Shown piece after piece: positions 45,119 through 57,449 of a stretch of 64,000 bases of DNA. The stretch is from assembly GCA_964449265.1 (NCBI GenBank), contig CAYVAG010000002.1, positions 1,369 to 65,368 of the forward strand, written 5' to 3'. A program made the translations under genes and the position numbers. Numbering within the stretch: position 1 is the first letter of the stretch; the number at the start of each line of letters is the position of its first letter. The notes beneath the pieces were generated by a model, which saw only the letters and a list, made by a program, of their open reading frames with translations, did not search any database and was not told the origin of the DNA. The DNA comes from an uncultured Candidatus Peribacteria bacterium. GTDB taxonomy: Bacteria; Patescibacteriota; Gracilibacteria; BD1-5; UBA2023.

Positions 45119-46108
45119 ATGCACATCGCTATACTTACCTGAGGGATCTCTACTGAGCGCGAAGTCGCACTCCGAAGCGGAGCCAATATGAAAGACTGGG
45201 TCGAGATCGCAGGACATACATGTGAGAGTTTCGATCTTCCTGGAGATATAGATAGCTTTCTCTCGAAATATAAAACGTACGACCTCGTGATCCCAGTATT
45301 TCATGGTCGCTATGGCGAAGATGGTGTGATCACTGGTATGTGTGAGACTCTCGGTCTCCGTGTCGCATATTCCCCTTCTCATGTCCATGCTCTCTGTATG
45401 GATAAGTACTGCACCAATACTATAGTAGAGACCATCTGAGTGCGTATCCCGAAAAGCTGGATCCCATGACTTCCTCCTCCACCGAAACTCCTTCCGAGTG
45501 ATAAATCAGAAAACCTCGATGTCATACTTATCGTGAAGCCCAACAAATGATGAAGTTCGCTTGCTACCACTCGAGCAACGACGTTTACAGAATTCCAGAT
45601 TGGTATAGAAGCAGTAGACAGTGTCATCGCATCACTCACTGCAGAAAGAGTGAAACTTCTCGAATGATCGAGTGAATGAGAATTTGTAAGGAGATTTCCT
45701 CCGCTACGAGATATGCCGATCGTCCAGGAATATATACCAGGGAAAGAATATACTGTCTGAGTGTACAGAGACTCGAGCGGTACCCATGTCCTGCCTATCA
45801 TCGAGACCATTTCGCTCAAATGAGAATTCTTCGACTACGAAGAGAAATACGCACCCACTGGCGATAATGAGATATTCTCAGATATAGATACTACTCTCCG
45901 AAATGAACTCGAAAGTACGAGCTCGAAAATATACGACTTCCTCGGGTGTAGATGAGTCGTACGTATGGACTACCGTTATGATGGGAAAAATATCTACTTC
46001 CTCGAAGTGAACACGATCCCAGGATTTACCAGTGGATCTCTCGTCCCGAAGATGTGGAAAAAAGCAGGGAAAACTGAGAAAGAGTTCGTGGAGATGTTAC
46101 TTTCTTAG
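45119..46108 (+). CDS. ddl: D-alanine--D-alanine ligase
   Basis: MHIAILT-G-GISTEREVALRSG, FHGRYGEDG, VKPNK-G-G-SS, EVNTIPGFT. TAG at 46106-46108. Confidence 0.92.
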
Positions 46109-47101
46109 TCCGCGTATCGCCGTCACATATGCCATATAGACGATCGTCTCGATAGTCGTTCCTCGAGAGAGATCGCTCCAGCCTGGGTGAGCAAATCCTG
46201 TGAGGATCGGTCATATCGCTTGATATCAACCAAATCTCTCCATCATTTTGTAACCTATATTTCCACTATCGAGATCAGGGAAGACGAGGATATTTACTTC
46301 TCCAGAAAGTCATCACTTCCCTTTCGTCTTCGTGAGATAGATATCTCGGTCGATCGCTGCATCGAATTGGAGTGGCCCATCGACTTCGATATCAGGATAT
46401 TTCGCTCGGAATTTCTCTACGGCCTCTCTGCTTTTGCTCACAGATAATCATACCCCGCTCGTATGAGTAGAGAAAGAGAGAAATGCGACTCGAGGGATCA
46501 CTCCTTTCAGAAATATCTCATGTGTCTCGACGAGGGATCGTGCGATCTCTACGAGTTCATCAGTCGTCGGATCAGGATTCACGGCTGAGTCACCGATGAT
46601 GTAGATATTTTGCTCGAGCGACTTTTCGCTTGGGATCATGAGAAATTCTCCAGAGATACGTCTCTCGGCTGCGAGTCCAAGTCAATAGTATCCAGTACGG
46701 ATAACCTCTGCAGTAGTGGCTATAGACCCTGAGACAACTCATGCAACCTTTCACTCTTGCAGAAGTGAGACTGCTTGTGCAAGATCGAGCGGAAATAAGT
46801 CCATCGCTTGCTCGAGAGATACTCACCTCTTCTGACTATATTTTTTCGCGAGTTCGTTTCTCGGAATTTCATCGAAGGGGATGATCTCTATCTGTTCGAG
46901 TATTTGCCACTGCCCTTCGGTAAACTCTCCTTTCTCAGTAAGCAAGGATGCCATGTCGTATGGATTCCCGAGGAGTATAGGTTCGATGATGCCTGCTGTT
47001 TGAAGCTCTATAGCTGCAGATATGATACGGACGTCTTTCGACTCTGGGAGGAGTATGCGGGTTCACCGAGGGATTTGGTCGAGGGGAAGAAAAAAATTCA
47101 T
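46097..47101 (-). CDS. pta: Phosphate acetyltransferase
   Basis: RILLPESKDVRIISAA, GDSAVNPDPT, RVAFLSFSTHTSG, VFPDLDSGNIGYK. 12-nt convergent overlap with ddl. Confidence 0.9.
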
Positions 47102-47141
47102 GGATATATACTATAGAAAATCAGATCAATAGAAAGATTTT

Positions 47142-47522
47142 TTATTTAGATTTTCATGTCGGAGGAGTGAATCCTCTTTCTATAGCTCCATTATAGAGGT
47201 CAAATCGTCTTACCATTTCCCCGAGAGTTTTAGTGAGTGGCTTTTCTGGAATTCATTCTTCGATATCCCTGAGCATACTGAGCATGACAAAATTTATTGC
47301 CTCTGGCGTGACATGACCTATCTCGTAGGCTCTCAACATAGCCATTCCGCCTTCAGGAGGTACTACAAATACTTGCGGTCTTCAATGGTACGTCAAACGT
47401 AACCCAGCGTTTCATAGAGTGACTGGTTCGAGTAATTCCTTTACTCGAATACGTACCTCAGATATAGGAACATCTTTTACTATGAAAGGTGGAATATTAA
47501 CGAGGGGAATATTTTCTCACAT
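47142..47522 (-). CDS. Hypothetical protein
   Basis: Code-25 frame of 127 codons with 5 TGA: M-G-ENIPLVNIPPFIVKDVPISEVR...RPQVFVVPPEGGMAMLRAYE. No standard-code ORF is reported here. Confidence 0.45.
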
Positions 47523-47616
47523 AATATTTTATTAGAACTAATATATAGTGTATAGTCCATTATTTGCTTTTTGCAACTTTTTTTCTATACTCCATGAAAA
47601 TCTAAGAAATCTTTCT

Positions 47617-48999
47617 ATGTTCGCATTCTCTGCTATCAATCTCGGTTGCTCGAAAAATATGGTCGATCTCGAATATGCGATCGGTGAGATACTGAAGTAC
47701 TCTGATCGAGCTCCGATCGAATTCGTAGAAGATCCAGAAGATAGTCATGCAGACTATGTGATCGTGAATACGTGTGGCTTCCTCTCGTCAGCACGTCAGG
47801 AGTCAGAAGAAACGCTGAGCTACTACGATAATCTCGGAAAGAAGCTCATCCTCATGGGATGCTATGTGAGTGTGAAGGACGATGCATTTCTCGCAGGACT
47901 GAAGAACCTTGTCTCTATCGTGCCATTTATGAGCTATTCTGTCATCGAAGAACTCGTCCTCGGGAAGAAATCGAAGTTCAATCTAGGCGCAATAGTAAAA
48001 GCAAAACAAGCACACAAAGAATCTAAAGAAAAAACTCTCTCGAACTATCTCGCATCGATCGAAGCTCCAGGAAAGGGGAAAAAAGCCTTCGTCTGGCGAG
48101 GTGATGAAGTGCGCGCGTATATGCATGCGCCATTTGGCTATGAGTATCTGAAAGTCGCAGAGTGATGTGACAATAACTGCACCTTCTGTATCATCCCGAC
48201 TATCCGTGGTCGACAGACGAGTCGTCCCATAGAAGCGATCGTCGAGGAAGCAAAAGTCATGCTCTCACAGGGAATCCGTGAGATCCAAATACTCTCTCAG
48301 GATACGACTCGCTACGGTACAGATCTCTATGGAGAAGCACGCCTCATCGACATGCTCGAAGCGATCGAGTCGATCCCTGGAGACTTCACCTACCGAGTCT
48401 ACTATCTCTATCCTGACATCCTCACACTTTCTCATCTCGAACGTCTGTCAAAACTGAAGAAGATGATCCCCTACTTCGATATCCCTTTCCAGCATGCGAG
48501 TGAGAATATCCTGAAGCTCATGTGACGTCACTACGATCGCGCGCATATCGATAGCTTCATCGAGTATATTCGCGAGCATTTTCCGAACTCGTTTATCCGC
48601 ACAGCTTTCATCGTCGGATTCCCAGGTGAGACGGATGAGGACTTCCAGATACTTATGGACTTCGTGGAGAAATACCGATTCGAATCGGTCGGAATATTCC
48701 AGTACCACGACGAGCCGCTCGCAGCAAGTTCGAAACTCCCGAATAAGGTCGATGAAGAAATCGCGAAAAATCGCATCAACACTCTCAATCCCCTTCTCGA
48801 AAGGATCTACGATGAGAAACTCGAGGCGAGAAAAGGAAAAAAACAGTACGGGTATATCATGGAAAATGTAGATGATATGATAATCATCCGTCCCGAACTC
48901 GCAGCACCAGAAGTCGATGACTATGATGGCGTGAAGAGACAAAATATCAGTACAAAATGAGAACTCAATATCGGGAAATATGTGGAATATACTCTCTAG
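47617..48999 (+). CDS. rimO: Radical-SAM methylthiotransferase, RimO-like (ribosomal protein S12 D88)
   Basis: INLGCSKNMVDLE, NTCGF, KVAE-[TGA]-CDNNCTFCIIPTIRG, TRAM-like C-terminus. Three track ORFs share frame 1. Confidence 0.85.
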
Positions 49000-49000
49000 T

Positions 49001-49621
49001 ATGCAAATTCTCACTTCATTCCCAGGATTCGAGATCTTTATCTCAGAAAAGAGGGATGGAGATTTTCGGAAAAAGGAAATTTTCCCAGAGATAAAAAGAT
49101 CGAGCAAGCAAATCCACGGAACAGCGATATGCACGATCACGAGAGAGAATGCAGATGTTTCGTTTGAGTGATACGATGGTGTGTATACAGGTGAGAAGTG
49201 GCTCACGATCGGAGCACTCTGTGCTGACTGTCCTGTTATCATCCTCATGGGAGATGGCGAGTGTGCTGCTATCCATAGTGGCTGGCGAGGAACAAAGGCA
49301 CATATAGTCAAATATGCGATCGAAAAATTCTCTACTCCACATGAGCGTATCCGAGCCTATATCTGACCACATATTTCAGGAGATTCCTATGAAGTACAGG
49401 AGGATTTTCTCGAGTATTTCGATGAGAAATACTTCACTCAGAAGGAAGGAAAAATATACTGCGATCTGGTATCGGTGATCGTCGATGATATGATAAAATC
49501 ATGAATACTATCATCGAATATAAGCGTGAATGATGTAGATACATTCTCAAATTCGAACTACCAAAGTTACAGGAGAGATCAAAATACAGGAATAGGGCTT
49601 GTCGGAGTGAAGATGATATAA
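49001..49621 (+). CDS. pgeF: Peptidoglycan editing factor PgeF (YfiH/DUF152)
   Basis: QIHGT, CADCPV, AIHSGWRGT, I-G-PHISGDSYEV. Confidence 0.85.
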
Positions 49622-49677
49622 TAAATATTGACATAAAAATTATTTCTATAGTATTATTAATAATTATTTTTACATTT

Positions 49678-50184
49678 ATGCATAATTCCCCGATTCATGT
49701 AGTCACTACTGGCGGCACTTTTGATGTAGAACGGATTGATGCTAATGGAAAGTATCACTTTACTCAGAGTAAAGTGCCTGGCATAGTAGAGATTGCCGGA
49801 ATACCTTCAGAACTTATCAGATATACTCACCATGAGCCTATAGATTCTCTAGAAATGAAAGATAGTCATAGAGAAATGATACTCACAACTCTTATGAGTA
49901 TTCCAGAAAATAGGATAGTTCTCACACATGGTACCGATACTATGGTTGAAACTGCACAATTCCTCCATCATAGGATTACATGAAAGACTATCGTACTCGT
50001 AGGCGCTATGATTCCTGCAAACAAGCCAGGAAGTGATGCTCAGATGAATCTCGGATTCGCCATAGGAGCCCTCAAAAGTATGACACAAACATGAGTTCGT
50101 ATAGCGATGAATGGACAACTCTTTCTTCCCTATTCCGTGATGAAAGATAGAACTACGACTCCTCCTCATTTCCGAAAACCCTAA
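49678..50184 (+). CDS. Short asparaginase-family protein (N-terminal domain only, 168 aa)
   Basis: VVTTGGTFD, THGTDTM, VLVGAMIPA. Two TGA. TAA at 50182-50184. Confidence 0.7.
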
Positions 50185-50186
50185 AA

Positions 50187-50221
50187 AATCTCCCTTTCTT
50201 TCGAAAGAGAGATTTTATTTT
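50187..50221 (+). terminator. Rho-independent terminator
   Basis: aatctccctttc / gaaagagagatt hairpin (one mismatch) followed by a T-rich run. Confidence 0.5.
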
Positions 50222-50224
50222 TCT

Positions 50225-50246
50225 GTGGTGGCGAGACCCGGACTTG
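50225..50246 (-). repeat. 22-nt exact duplicate of the tRNA-Phe 3-prime end including CCA
   Basis: gtggtggcgagacccggacttg is identical to 50395-50416. Upstream sequence does not fold into a T-arm or acceptor stem. Confidence 0.85.
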
Positions 50247-50395
50247 GTCGCTCCTCCGACCGCGACCCGCCTCTCCTCATTATAGATATATGCCATTCCA
50301 GGCATATATCGAGCATAATTCGGATTCAAGTCCTGGTCAACAAAATTGCTTCTTAAAAACCCCCAGTTTTACAACTGAGGGCTTTACGAATCAAG

Positions 50396-50471
50396 TGGTG
50401 GCGAGACCCGGACTTGAACCGGGGACACATGGATTTTCAATCCATTGCTCTACCAACTGAGCTATCCCGCC
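50396..50471 (-). tRNA. tRNA-Phe (GAA), CCA encoded
   Basis: GGCGGGATAGCTCAGTTGGTAGAGCAATGGATTGAAAATCCATGTGTCCCCGGTTCAAGTCCGGGTCTCGCCACCA. Cloverleaf with anticodon loop TTGAAAA. Confidence 0.93.
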
Positions 50472-50512
50472 AAGGGCAATCGCATTATAAAGAGATTTTT
50501 AGAAAATCAAGT

Positions 50513-50965
50513 TTATCTTGTTATATTCAGTCACATTTTCCCTCGGATGGACTGCTCTAGGGCGAACATCGCCTCAAAGTCAGCATCGTCCTCGTGATCG
50601 TATCCGAGGATATGAAGCACAGAGTGGATGAGGAGTATTTCGAACTCTTCGGTCGGAGTGTGTCCATATTCTGCTGCTTGGGTAAGTATCAGGCTATGAG
50701 AAAAGATACATTCTCAGACGACTTCATCAGCTCGACACGCTGAGAAATCATCGAAATAGTGGAATGAGAGGACATCGGTAGTACTATCTTTTTTTCGATA
50801 TTCCAGATTCAGTTTTCGCATCTCATCATCTCAGGCGAATGAGATATTGAGTACTCATTTCTGAGTGACATCCACTCCTTCTGCAATCAGACGAAAAATC
50901 TCTATAAAACGAGCACTTCCATACGGAGATCCTGGTGGGACGGTGATGAGTTCGTAGGAGAACAT
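50513..50965 (-). CDS. ybeY: rRNA maturation endoribonuclease YbeY
   Basis: HSVLHILGYDHEDD zinc motif. 151 codons with 4 TGA. Confidence 0.88.
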
Positions 50966-50966
50966 A

Positions 50967-51947
50967 CTATTTATCTCTGTCAGGGTTAGTGATGATACGG
51001 ACTTCTTCGTGGAGGACTATACCATGTTTTTTCTCTACTCATTCCTTCACGAGATCGCGAAGTGCGAGGATATCTTGCCAGGTACCTTTCTGATCATTCA
51101 GGAAAAAATTCCCATGCCGTTCACTCACATGGACTCCACCGACTCGTGTTCCCTTCAGTCCTGCCTCATCGATGAGTTTCCCTGCCGAGAGCGTCTCGAT
51201 GTGTCCTCGCTCTCATACGAGATTCTCATGACCACCGATAAATGCGTGATACTCTTCCAGGAGAGGATTACGGAAAAATGATCCACAAGAAAGTCCTGGT
51301 GGTTGCTTGAGTCTACGAAGTGCTTGGAGATCTGCTGGTGTATATGTCTCGTAGGTGCCTCACTTGGGTGAGATATTGAGGAGCATGTCGATGACAAAAT
51401 ATCGCTCATTCCCTTTGAGTATACTTTCACGGTAGCCATAGTGTATATCTACATTTCTCATGACTCGCTTCTCCCCCGTATCGATATCGAGTATCGTCGC
51501 TTCGATGAGGAGATCCTTCATCTCGAGCCCGAAACACCCCGCATTTCCGATACACGCACCACCCATCGTCCCTGGAAGTCCGACCCACGGTATGAGCGTC
51601 GATACGCCATAGTGCTGATAGAGCTTGCTTGCGAACATGGTCGTGATCTCACCACTCTGGATACGGATAAGTCGCTTCTCATCATGTTCGTATGGCTCGC
51701 TGTAGCCAGTGAGACGATTATGGATGAATATCCCTTCATACCGATCGAAAGCAAAAAGACAGTTCGTCCCTCCTCCGACGATGACTATAGGAAGCCCTAC
51801 CTCGCGTGCGAACCAAAAAAGCTCAGGCAACAGCATGACATCATCAGTCGTCGTGATATCGAAGAGATATTTGGTAGTCGCTTGCGTCTTGAATGCGGAA
51901 AGGAAAGATATGTTCGCATTTTCCTGGAGGAAGTGAGGTGTCTGCAT
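50967..51947 (-). CDS. murB: UDP-N-acetylenolpyruvoylglucosamine reductase
   Basis: [46 protein letters not shown] at 50967-50969, 1 nt before the ybeY start. Confidence 0.92.
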
Positions 51948-52046
51948 GAGAAATATGATAGTGAGAAGGGTGAGAAATGCAAGGGAGAAGAAAAAGTTGA
52001 CAGATAATATTATATAGTTATATATAAATAATAACTCTATACAAGA

Positions 52047-52547
52047 ATGTCTCTTGATCTCTTGGTTGTAAATCCTGTTTATGTAGAAAATCTTGGTATG
52101 TTTTTACGTCAAGCTCAATTGTCTGGAGCATGAAAAACCTTTATACAAGATAAGTTTAAATTGCTTGATAGTGAAAATCGACAACGTTTAATAAATTGGT
52201 CATGACGAGCAGCGTACAATAATCCACCTATTGCAATAGATGAATCTGTAGATTTCCTACACAAAAATCCCAATGGTTATAGAAAAGTAGCAACTGTTGT
52301 GAGAGAGAAGGCTACAGAAATATTTGATTTTACCTATGGAACAAATGACTTGCTTGTTTTTGGTGATGAAAGAGATGGGCTTCATGAAGATATAGTAAAA
52401 GAGTGTGATGAAATGGTGTATATACCGCAAATTCAACCACCAAATGTCAAAAAGAAGATACAATGTATGACTCTTGTTTCTGCTCAGACAATATTTTTGT
52501 ATGAGTATATGAGACAAGTTCGTCAGAGAGTATTATTGGGATCATAA
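52047..52547 (+). CDS. SpoU/TrmH-family RNA 2'-O-methyltransferase
   Basis: LLVFGDERDGLHEDIVKECDEMVYIP...MTLVSAQTIFLYEY. Two TGA in the N-terminal half. Confidence 0.72.
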
Positions 52548-52550
52548 TTA

Positions 52551-52793
52551 TTACTTCTCTACTGGATCGTATCCCCCCTTCGACCAAGGGTTGCACCTGA
52601 GAACCCGCCAGAGTCACTTCGCACCGCCGATGATGACTCATTTTTTTTCTATTGCTTCGATCGCGTAGTCACTACAGCTCGGAATATGTTTGCAGTATGG
52701 TGGCTTATTCATCGCTTTTGCCCAGAGTGAGTGATCGGGCGAGAGATAGCGCTGGTACTTCCGTAATATGGAGATGAGGAGAGTTTTAATCAT
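52551..52793 (-). CDS. yidD: Membrane protein insertion efficiency factor YidD
   Basis: YQRYLSP...CKHIPSCSDYAIEAIEKK-G-VI...RCNPWSKGGYDPV. Confidence 0.85.
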
Positions 52794-52811
52794 AGGTTTA
52801 TAAGAGTACTT

Positions 52812-53414
52812 TTACCAATCGACTCGCTCAGTATTGGTATCGAGAAAGTCGATCGTATCACGGAGGATGAGGCTATCATCGGGAGATGATGAGACATACT
52901 CTCCCCTATTTTTACTATCTGTTTCGAGTCGTTTTCGAGCTTCATCGATCATGAGTGATCCTGTATCGATCGTTCCAGAAGAGAGCATAGCTCATGTCAG
53001 ATTCTCTTCTCTTGATCATGCTCCTATGATATCTTTCTTTGGTTGATCTTCGAGGAGAGAGAGTTTTTGTTTCACTCTCTCACTTTCTCTCACTTTCTGA
53101 GATTCTCTGTAGTAAAGTATGGCTTGTCCTGTGTTCGAGAGTTGTGTGAGAGCGACGTCACCGAGAAGTTCATAGGTTTCAGATTCTTTCCCCGTTATAG
53201 GATTTTTCTCCAGGGTTTGGAGGAAGGTTTTGGTACTTTCTCTGCTCTGTGTTTCTGAGAGAAGCATGTTGTACATTTTTTCCCGAGTATAGCCCCAACT
53301 GTCAGGCATATAGCGTTCTAGTCAGTAGAGAAAGACTATATTCACAAAAATACTCTTCCCAAAAAAAAGGAGAAATACAAGTGAAATAAGGATGATTTTA
53401 TTTTTTCACGGCAT
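52812..53414 (-). CDS. Membrane-anchored TPR-like protein (BatC-like position)
   Basis: MP-G-KNKIILISLVFLLFFG anchor followed by a helical repeat region. Overlaps the vWA gene end by 17 nt. Confidence 0.5.
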
Positions 53415-54243
53415 AGGGGCGTATCATATAGGAAAGGAGGAGTGCTATAAATCAGAGAATACGGATGAATTCTATCGAGAGAGAAGAGTACGAAAGACGA
53501 GGAAGTGATAAGCTTGTATCATATGTTTCTCTATGAAAGAGCGGGGCTCTATAGAAGTGAGAAAGTTTTTCCATATTTTCTGACTCATATCTGGCGATGA
53601 CAGGAGATCATTCATAATACTTGTATCGTCTTTCTCCATCGAGATTGTACCCGAGAGGGATGGTTCCTCCCGTAGGCGTACCTATACCGATAAGGGTCAA
53701 TGAACTCTTCGAGGGAAGATCTGTGATCTTCCCATCACCCGTCATGCCACCATCGGATAAGAGAACGATATGAAGTGGCTCACTCGATCCGAGATAGATC
53801 ATCCGTACGAGTTCGAGTGCAGCAGAGATATCACTTCATCCATAGACAAGAGTGGGCTCTATGCCTCAGAGAGTATCGAGAAAAACTCATATATCAGAAG
53901 AAAAAGGCATACTCATACTTGCAGACCGAGCATACGTGATGAGTCCATACGAAGTCCTATACTTCTCTAGTGTCTCTCTGATGATATCTTTGGCCAGGTC
54001 GAGTCGACTCTTCGTGAGTGCACCAGAAAAACTGATATCCTCGACTGACATCGAAAGTGAAGTATCGAGAACGAAGAGGACACGCTCAGCCTCATCACTC
54101 TGTGGAGCAAAAAGTGAGAAAAAAAGAAGCGATAGTCCGAGAAAAGAAAGGCTGAGAGAGAAGAGAAATCTCCGAAGCAGAAATACTCGTGGTCAAAATG
54201 AAGGAAAACGTGTATGTGTATCTTTGGTAGGAGTATTCTTCAT
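53398..54243 (-). CDS. von Willebrand factor A domain membrane protein (BatA/BatB-like)
   Basis: N-terminal TM. MIDAS FVLDTSLSMS. LLSDGGMTGDG. C-terminal TM. I translated it codon by codon. Confidence 0.8.
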
Positions 54244-54250
54244 ATATTTA

Positions 54251-56440
54251 TTATCTACTCTGTAGCTTCGTATGCTGGAGTCATGGTTGACGGTACCACT
54301 CGAGCGTCGGTATCGATCCATCACATCCAGGCACATCGATGGTGTATCGGATCACTTTCGATGTTGTCGCTCCTACTGGGGTCGCGAGAGTAAATGCAAA
54401 AACTCTTTCACCATCTTCTATGAATGATTCTATTCCTGCTGTTGATGCTGTGAGGAGAGCATTTTTTGGTACCATGATACGCATATAGGTACTATTTTTT
54501 CATTTCCCTTGAATGAAGAGCATATTCTCACGAACACTTGGGTCAGTGATTCCGGCAAGATCCATATAGCTTTGTATTTCTTTTTCATCCTCTTTCGAGA
54601 ATTCATGCGTGTGTGTGAAAGTGAGCTTATTCTCATAGGTACATGCCTCTACTCGGAGTGTTTCAGCCTGGTAGAGTCGAGATAGAGAGCGATCGCTCTT
54701 GTTTCCTGAGAGTGACGTGAGGAGTGGGTATGCCCAGTTCACTCCTGTAGGAAGTGGTTTGCGATATGTTGAGAGGAAGTTTTCGATAGTATCATTTCTC
54801 GAGGCAAAAAGGATCTCTCCATCAGAAACTGCCTTCATGACGATATCGAACATATCACTGTAGGCTCGTTTTTCTCCGGTTTTCTCGAGAAACGCACTCA
54901 CGAAATCACCGAGAATATCCTTTGCACTCGTACGCTCTCAGTAGCGAGACTCGACCAGAGTCGACATAAGAGGAGAGAAGTTCTCACTCGTAAATGGTAT
55001 ACTTACTCATGAAAGTGTCACTCCTGAAAGTACTCCGAGCATGTCTTCGATAAGTCATTGGTGTATGGCGATACCCATAGTAACCGTCGGATCACCTGAT
55101 TTCTCTATGAAACTATTTGCCTTTTCTAGCGTTTGTCTGAAGTCTTTATAGTAGTTCACATCCCGAAGTCAGTAGTTTCCAGAAATCAGAGCAAGTCCTG
55201 GTGGAGGTGGTTCCTTGTAAGGATAGAGGTTCCAGTCATAGTAGTAGACATCGTCAGTGCGGAATTCTTCGATATTTCCCTTATAGAGCGTGAAAGTGAT
55301 AACTGATCATGGAAACCCTCAGTTCGCACGGATTTCGTCGCGATTTTGGTTCAGGACTATATATCTCTCTGGAGTATCCGCTCAGAGTATTGCGAGGACT
55401 TCTCTCTCATGATCGAGAGCGAAATCGAGAACACTACTCAGGCGAGTGAGGATATTCCCCACACTTGCCATAAGAGGTGCACTCGGATGATCTATGGACT
55501 CTGCCTCCTCATAGTATCCTCATGCCTCTCTCATGGCACTATCGAGACTCGTGAGAACACTACGGTGATCTCTCATCCAGTCTGTAGGATAGTCGATTCA
55601 GAGCTTTTTGAAGAGGGAAAAATTCTGTGAGTCCGGACGATAGAGCGATGGTTTCTCACCGATCTCTGAGAGAGTCGCACCTGTCTCAGTCGAGAGCGTA
55701 TCTGCAACGGTACTGAGCCCTCTCGTGAGAGAGAGTCATCCATCGAGTGCTATCTTCGCGAGATGGAGCGTATCTCCTGGGATCCAGCGAAGTGGGGCAA
55801 ATATGATATTGGCTCTCTCGAAGTCGCTGCGAGCACTGCGAATATCTCTGATTATCTCTTCTCGAGAGTTTGCATGAGCAAGAGACTGGAGCGATGTATA
55901 TCCATTCTCGAGAAGCATCTTCGTATACAGAAGTGCTGGTAGAGAGAGGAGGGCGCACGAAGCAAGTACTATCAGGATAGGTTTTTTCTTCTTTTTCACA
56001 TAGCGTCCTATATCCCGAGTCGTACGGCGCGCATGTAGTGACCACGGAAGAGAACGACGATAGATATCGGCATATTTCCGCCCTGGTATGAGTGGATTTC
56101 CTCTCGTATCGAGTGCTCCATAGGGTATATCGAGAGGAGGAAAGAGATCGAGCACTCGCGTACGAGGCCTCTCATCGAGGAGAGTACGTCCGATAAGGTC
56201 AGTATCGTAGAGATCAGCACGCCCAAGATCGAGCATAGCGATAGTACGAAACCGAGTGATGCGGAGCTTACGAGAAAGCGAGAGATTCGGTATACGACCC
56301 TTCCCTGCACGTATCGTATCGAAGAGGGGTTTCGTGGAGCGGATAGCATGCAGCTCTGAGAGAGGAAAAAATCTCGATACATCGAGTGGCACACTCGCAC
56401 CATGAGAGAGGTCGAACGAGATGATGTCAGTAGTCCGCAT
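54251..56440 (-). CDS. DUF4012-family membrane-anchored protein
   Basis: ORFs 55736-56440, 54500-54901 and 54281-54484 share a frame. I translated the 0.8-kb gap and it has only TGA. Hallmark IVLNQNRDEIRANGGFPGSVITF. Confidence 0.78.
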
Positions 56441-56560
56441 AAAGTTCTGTCAATTATAGAAAAAATATGAGAGTTTGCAACTAAAGCGTTCAGGCATTTA
56501 TAGAATTTTATTGCATTTTCACGAAATATCTTATAATTCACCTATCACCCCTTTCTTTTT

Positions 56561-57043
56561 ATGAAAAAGTTTCTCATCATATTTCTTCTCATCTCTTCAG
56601 TTATCTTTCCTGCTTTTCACTATACCCATGCTGCAGATAAGGTTCTCGTCACAGTAACCGAAAAAATCCCAGGAGCAAACTGTAAATGTTCGGCTGATGG
56701 AGCTACGAGAACAGAAGATGCCAATGGAAATACAGTGAATCCTGGAAGTGGAGAGGAGGCATGTGGAAATATAAATACTCGAAAATACATCTGTGAAGTC
56801 GATAAATGACTCACAGCATTCCAGAATATGATCGCTACTATCGTACGATGGGTAGTGAATATCATACTCCTTCTCTGAGTACTCGCTATCGTATGAGCCG
56901 GTATCATGATGGCATGGGGGAGTGATAGTGAGGAGTATACGAAGAAGGCAAAGGGGTGGGCGATAAATATCGTTATAGGGCTCATCATCCTTTTTAGTTT
57001 TCGATACATACTCGGACTTCTGGCACCGTGGATATATCAGTAA
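56561..57043 (+). CDS. TrbC/VirB2-like pilin-type protein with Cys-rich ectodomain
   Basis: Signal peptide, 4-Cys segment, two TM helices, and SDSEEYTKKAKGWAINIVIGLIILFSF. Three TGA. Confidence 0.55.
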
Positions 57044-57172
57044 TATATGCGAAATTCTCTATCATCGGATACTCTAGATTGATATCCATCACATTGGCTT
57101 TATAAAAGTAACTGGATTTTATACGAATCGATAGTTCAGTTTTTCTTTGGTTATAAGGAACTTGATGATTAT

Positions 57173-57406
57173 ATGAATGTAAAATTCATGCAGGAGAAAC
57201 TCAAAAAATATAAGAATGACCTCAATAAAATCCGTGCTGGAATAAAAACATGAGAGGAAACGAAGCGGGAAGAATTATTTCTTCAAGAACGACAAAAAGA
57301 ATTCGAGCAAGAGCTCAAGAAAATACTTCCACTTATAAAGAAATATCACCATAAGTTAACGGATAATATACAGATAGCCCTAGAAAATAGAGGCATTCGC
57401 CCTTAG
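57173..57406 (+). CDS. Small coiled-coil protein (tentative)
   Basis: 78 codons, one TGA, Lys/Glu-rich heptad-like sequence. No other support. Confidence 0.3.
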
Positions 57407-57449
57407 GCTTTATTTTGCCTTTTTTCAGGTTTTCACTATACTCCGAATC

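Noticed and set aside
50225-50395. A second tRNA, intron-containing tRNA or tmRNA downstream of tRNA-Phe
   Set aside because: Only the last 22 nt match a tRNA. No 5-prime acceptor strand (GGCGAGA), T-stem partner, D-arm or anticodon arm could be found. It is treated as a 3-prime-end duplicate.
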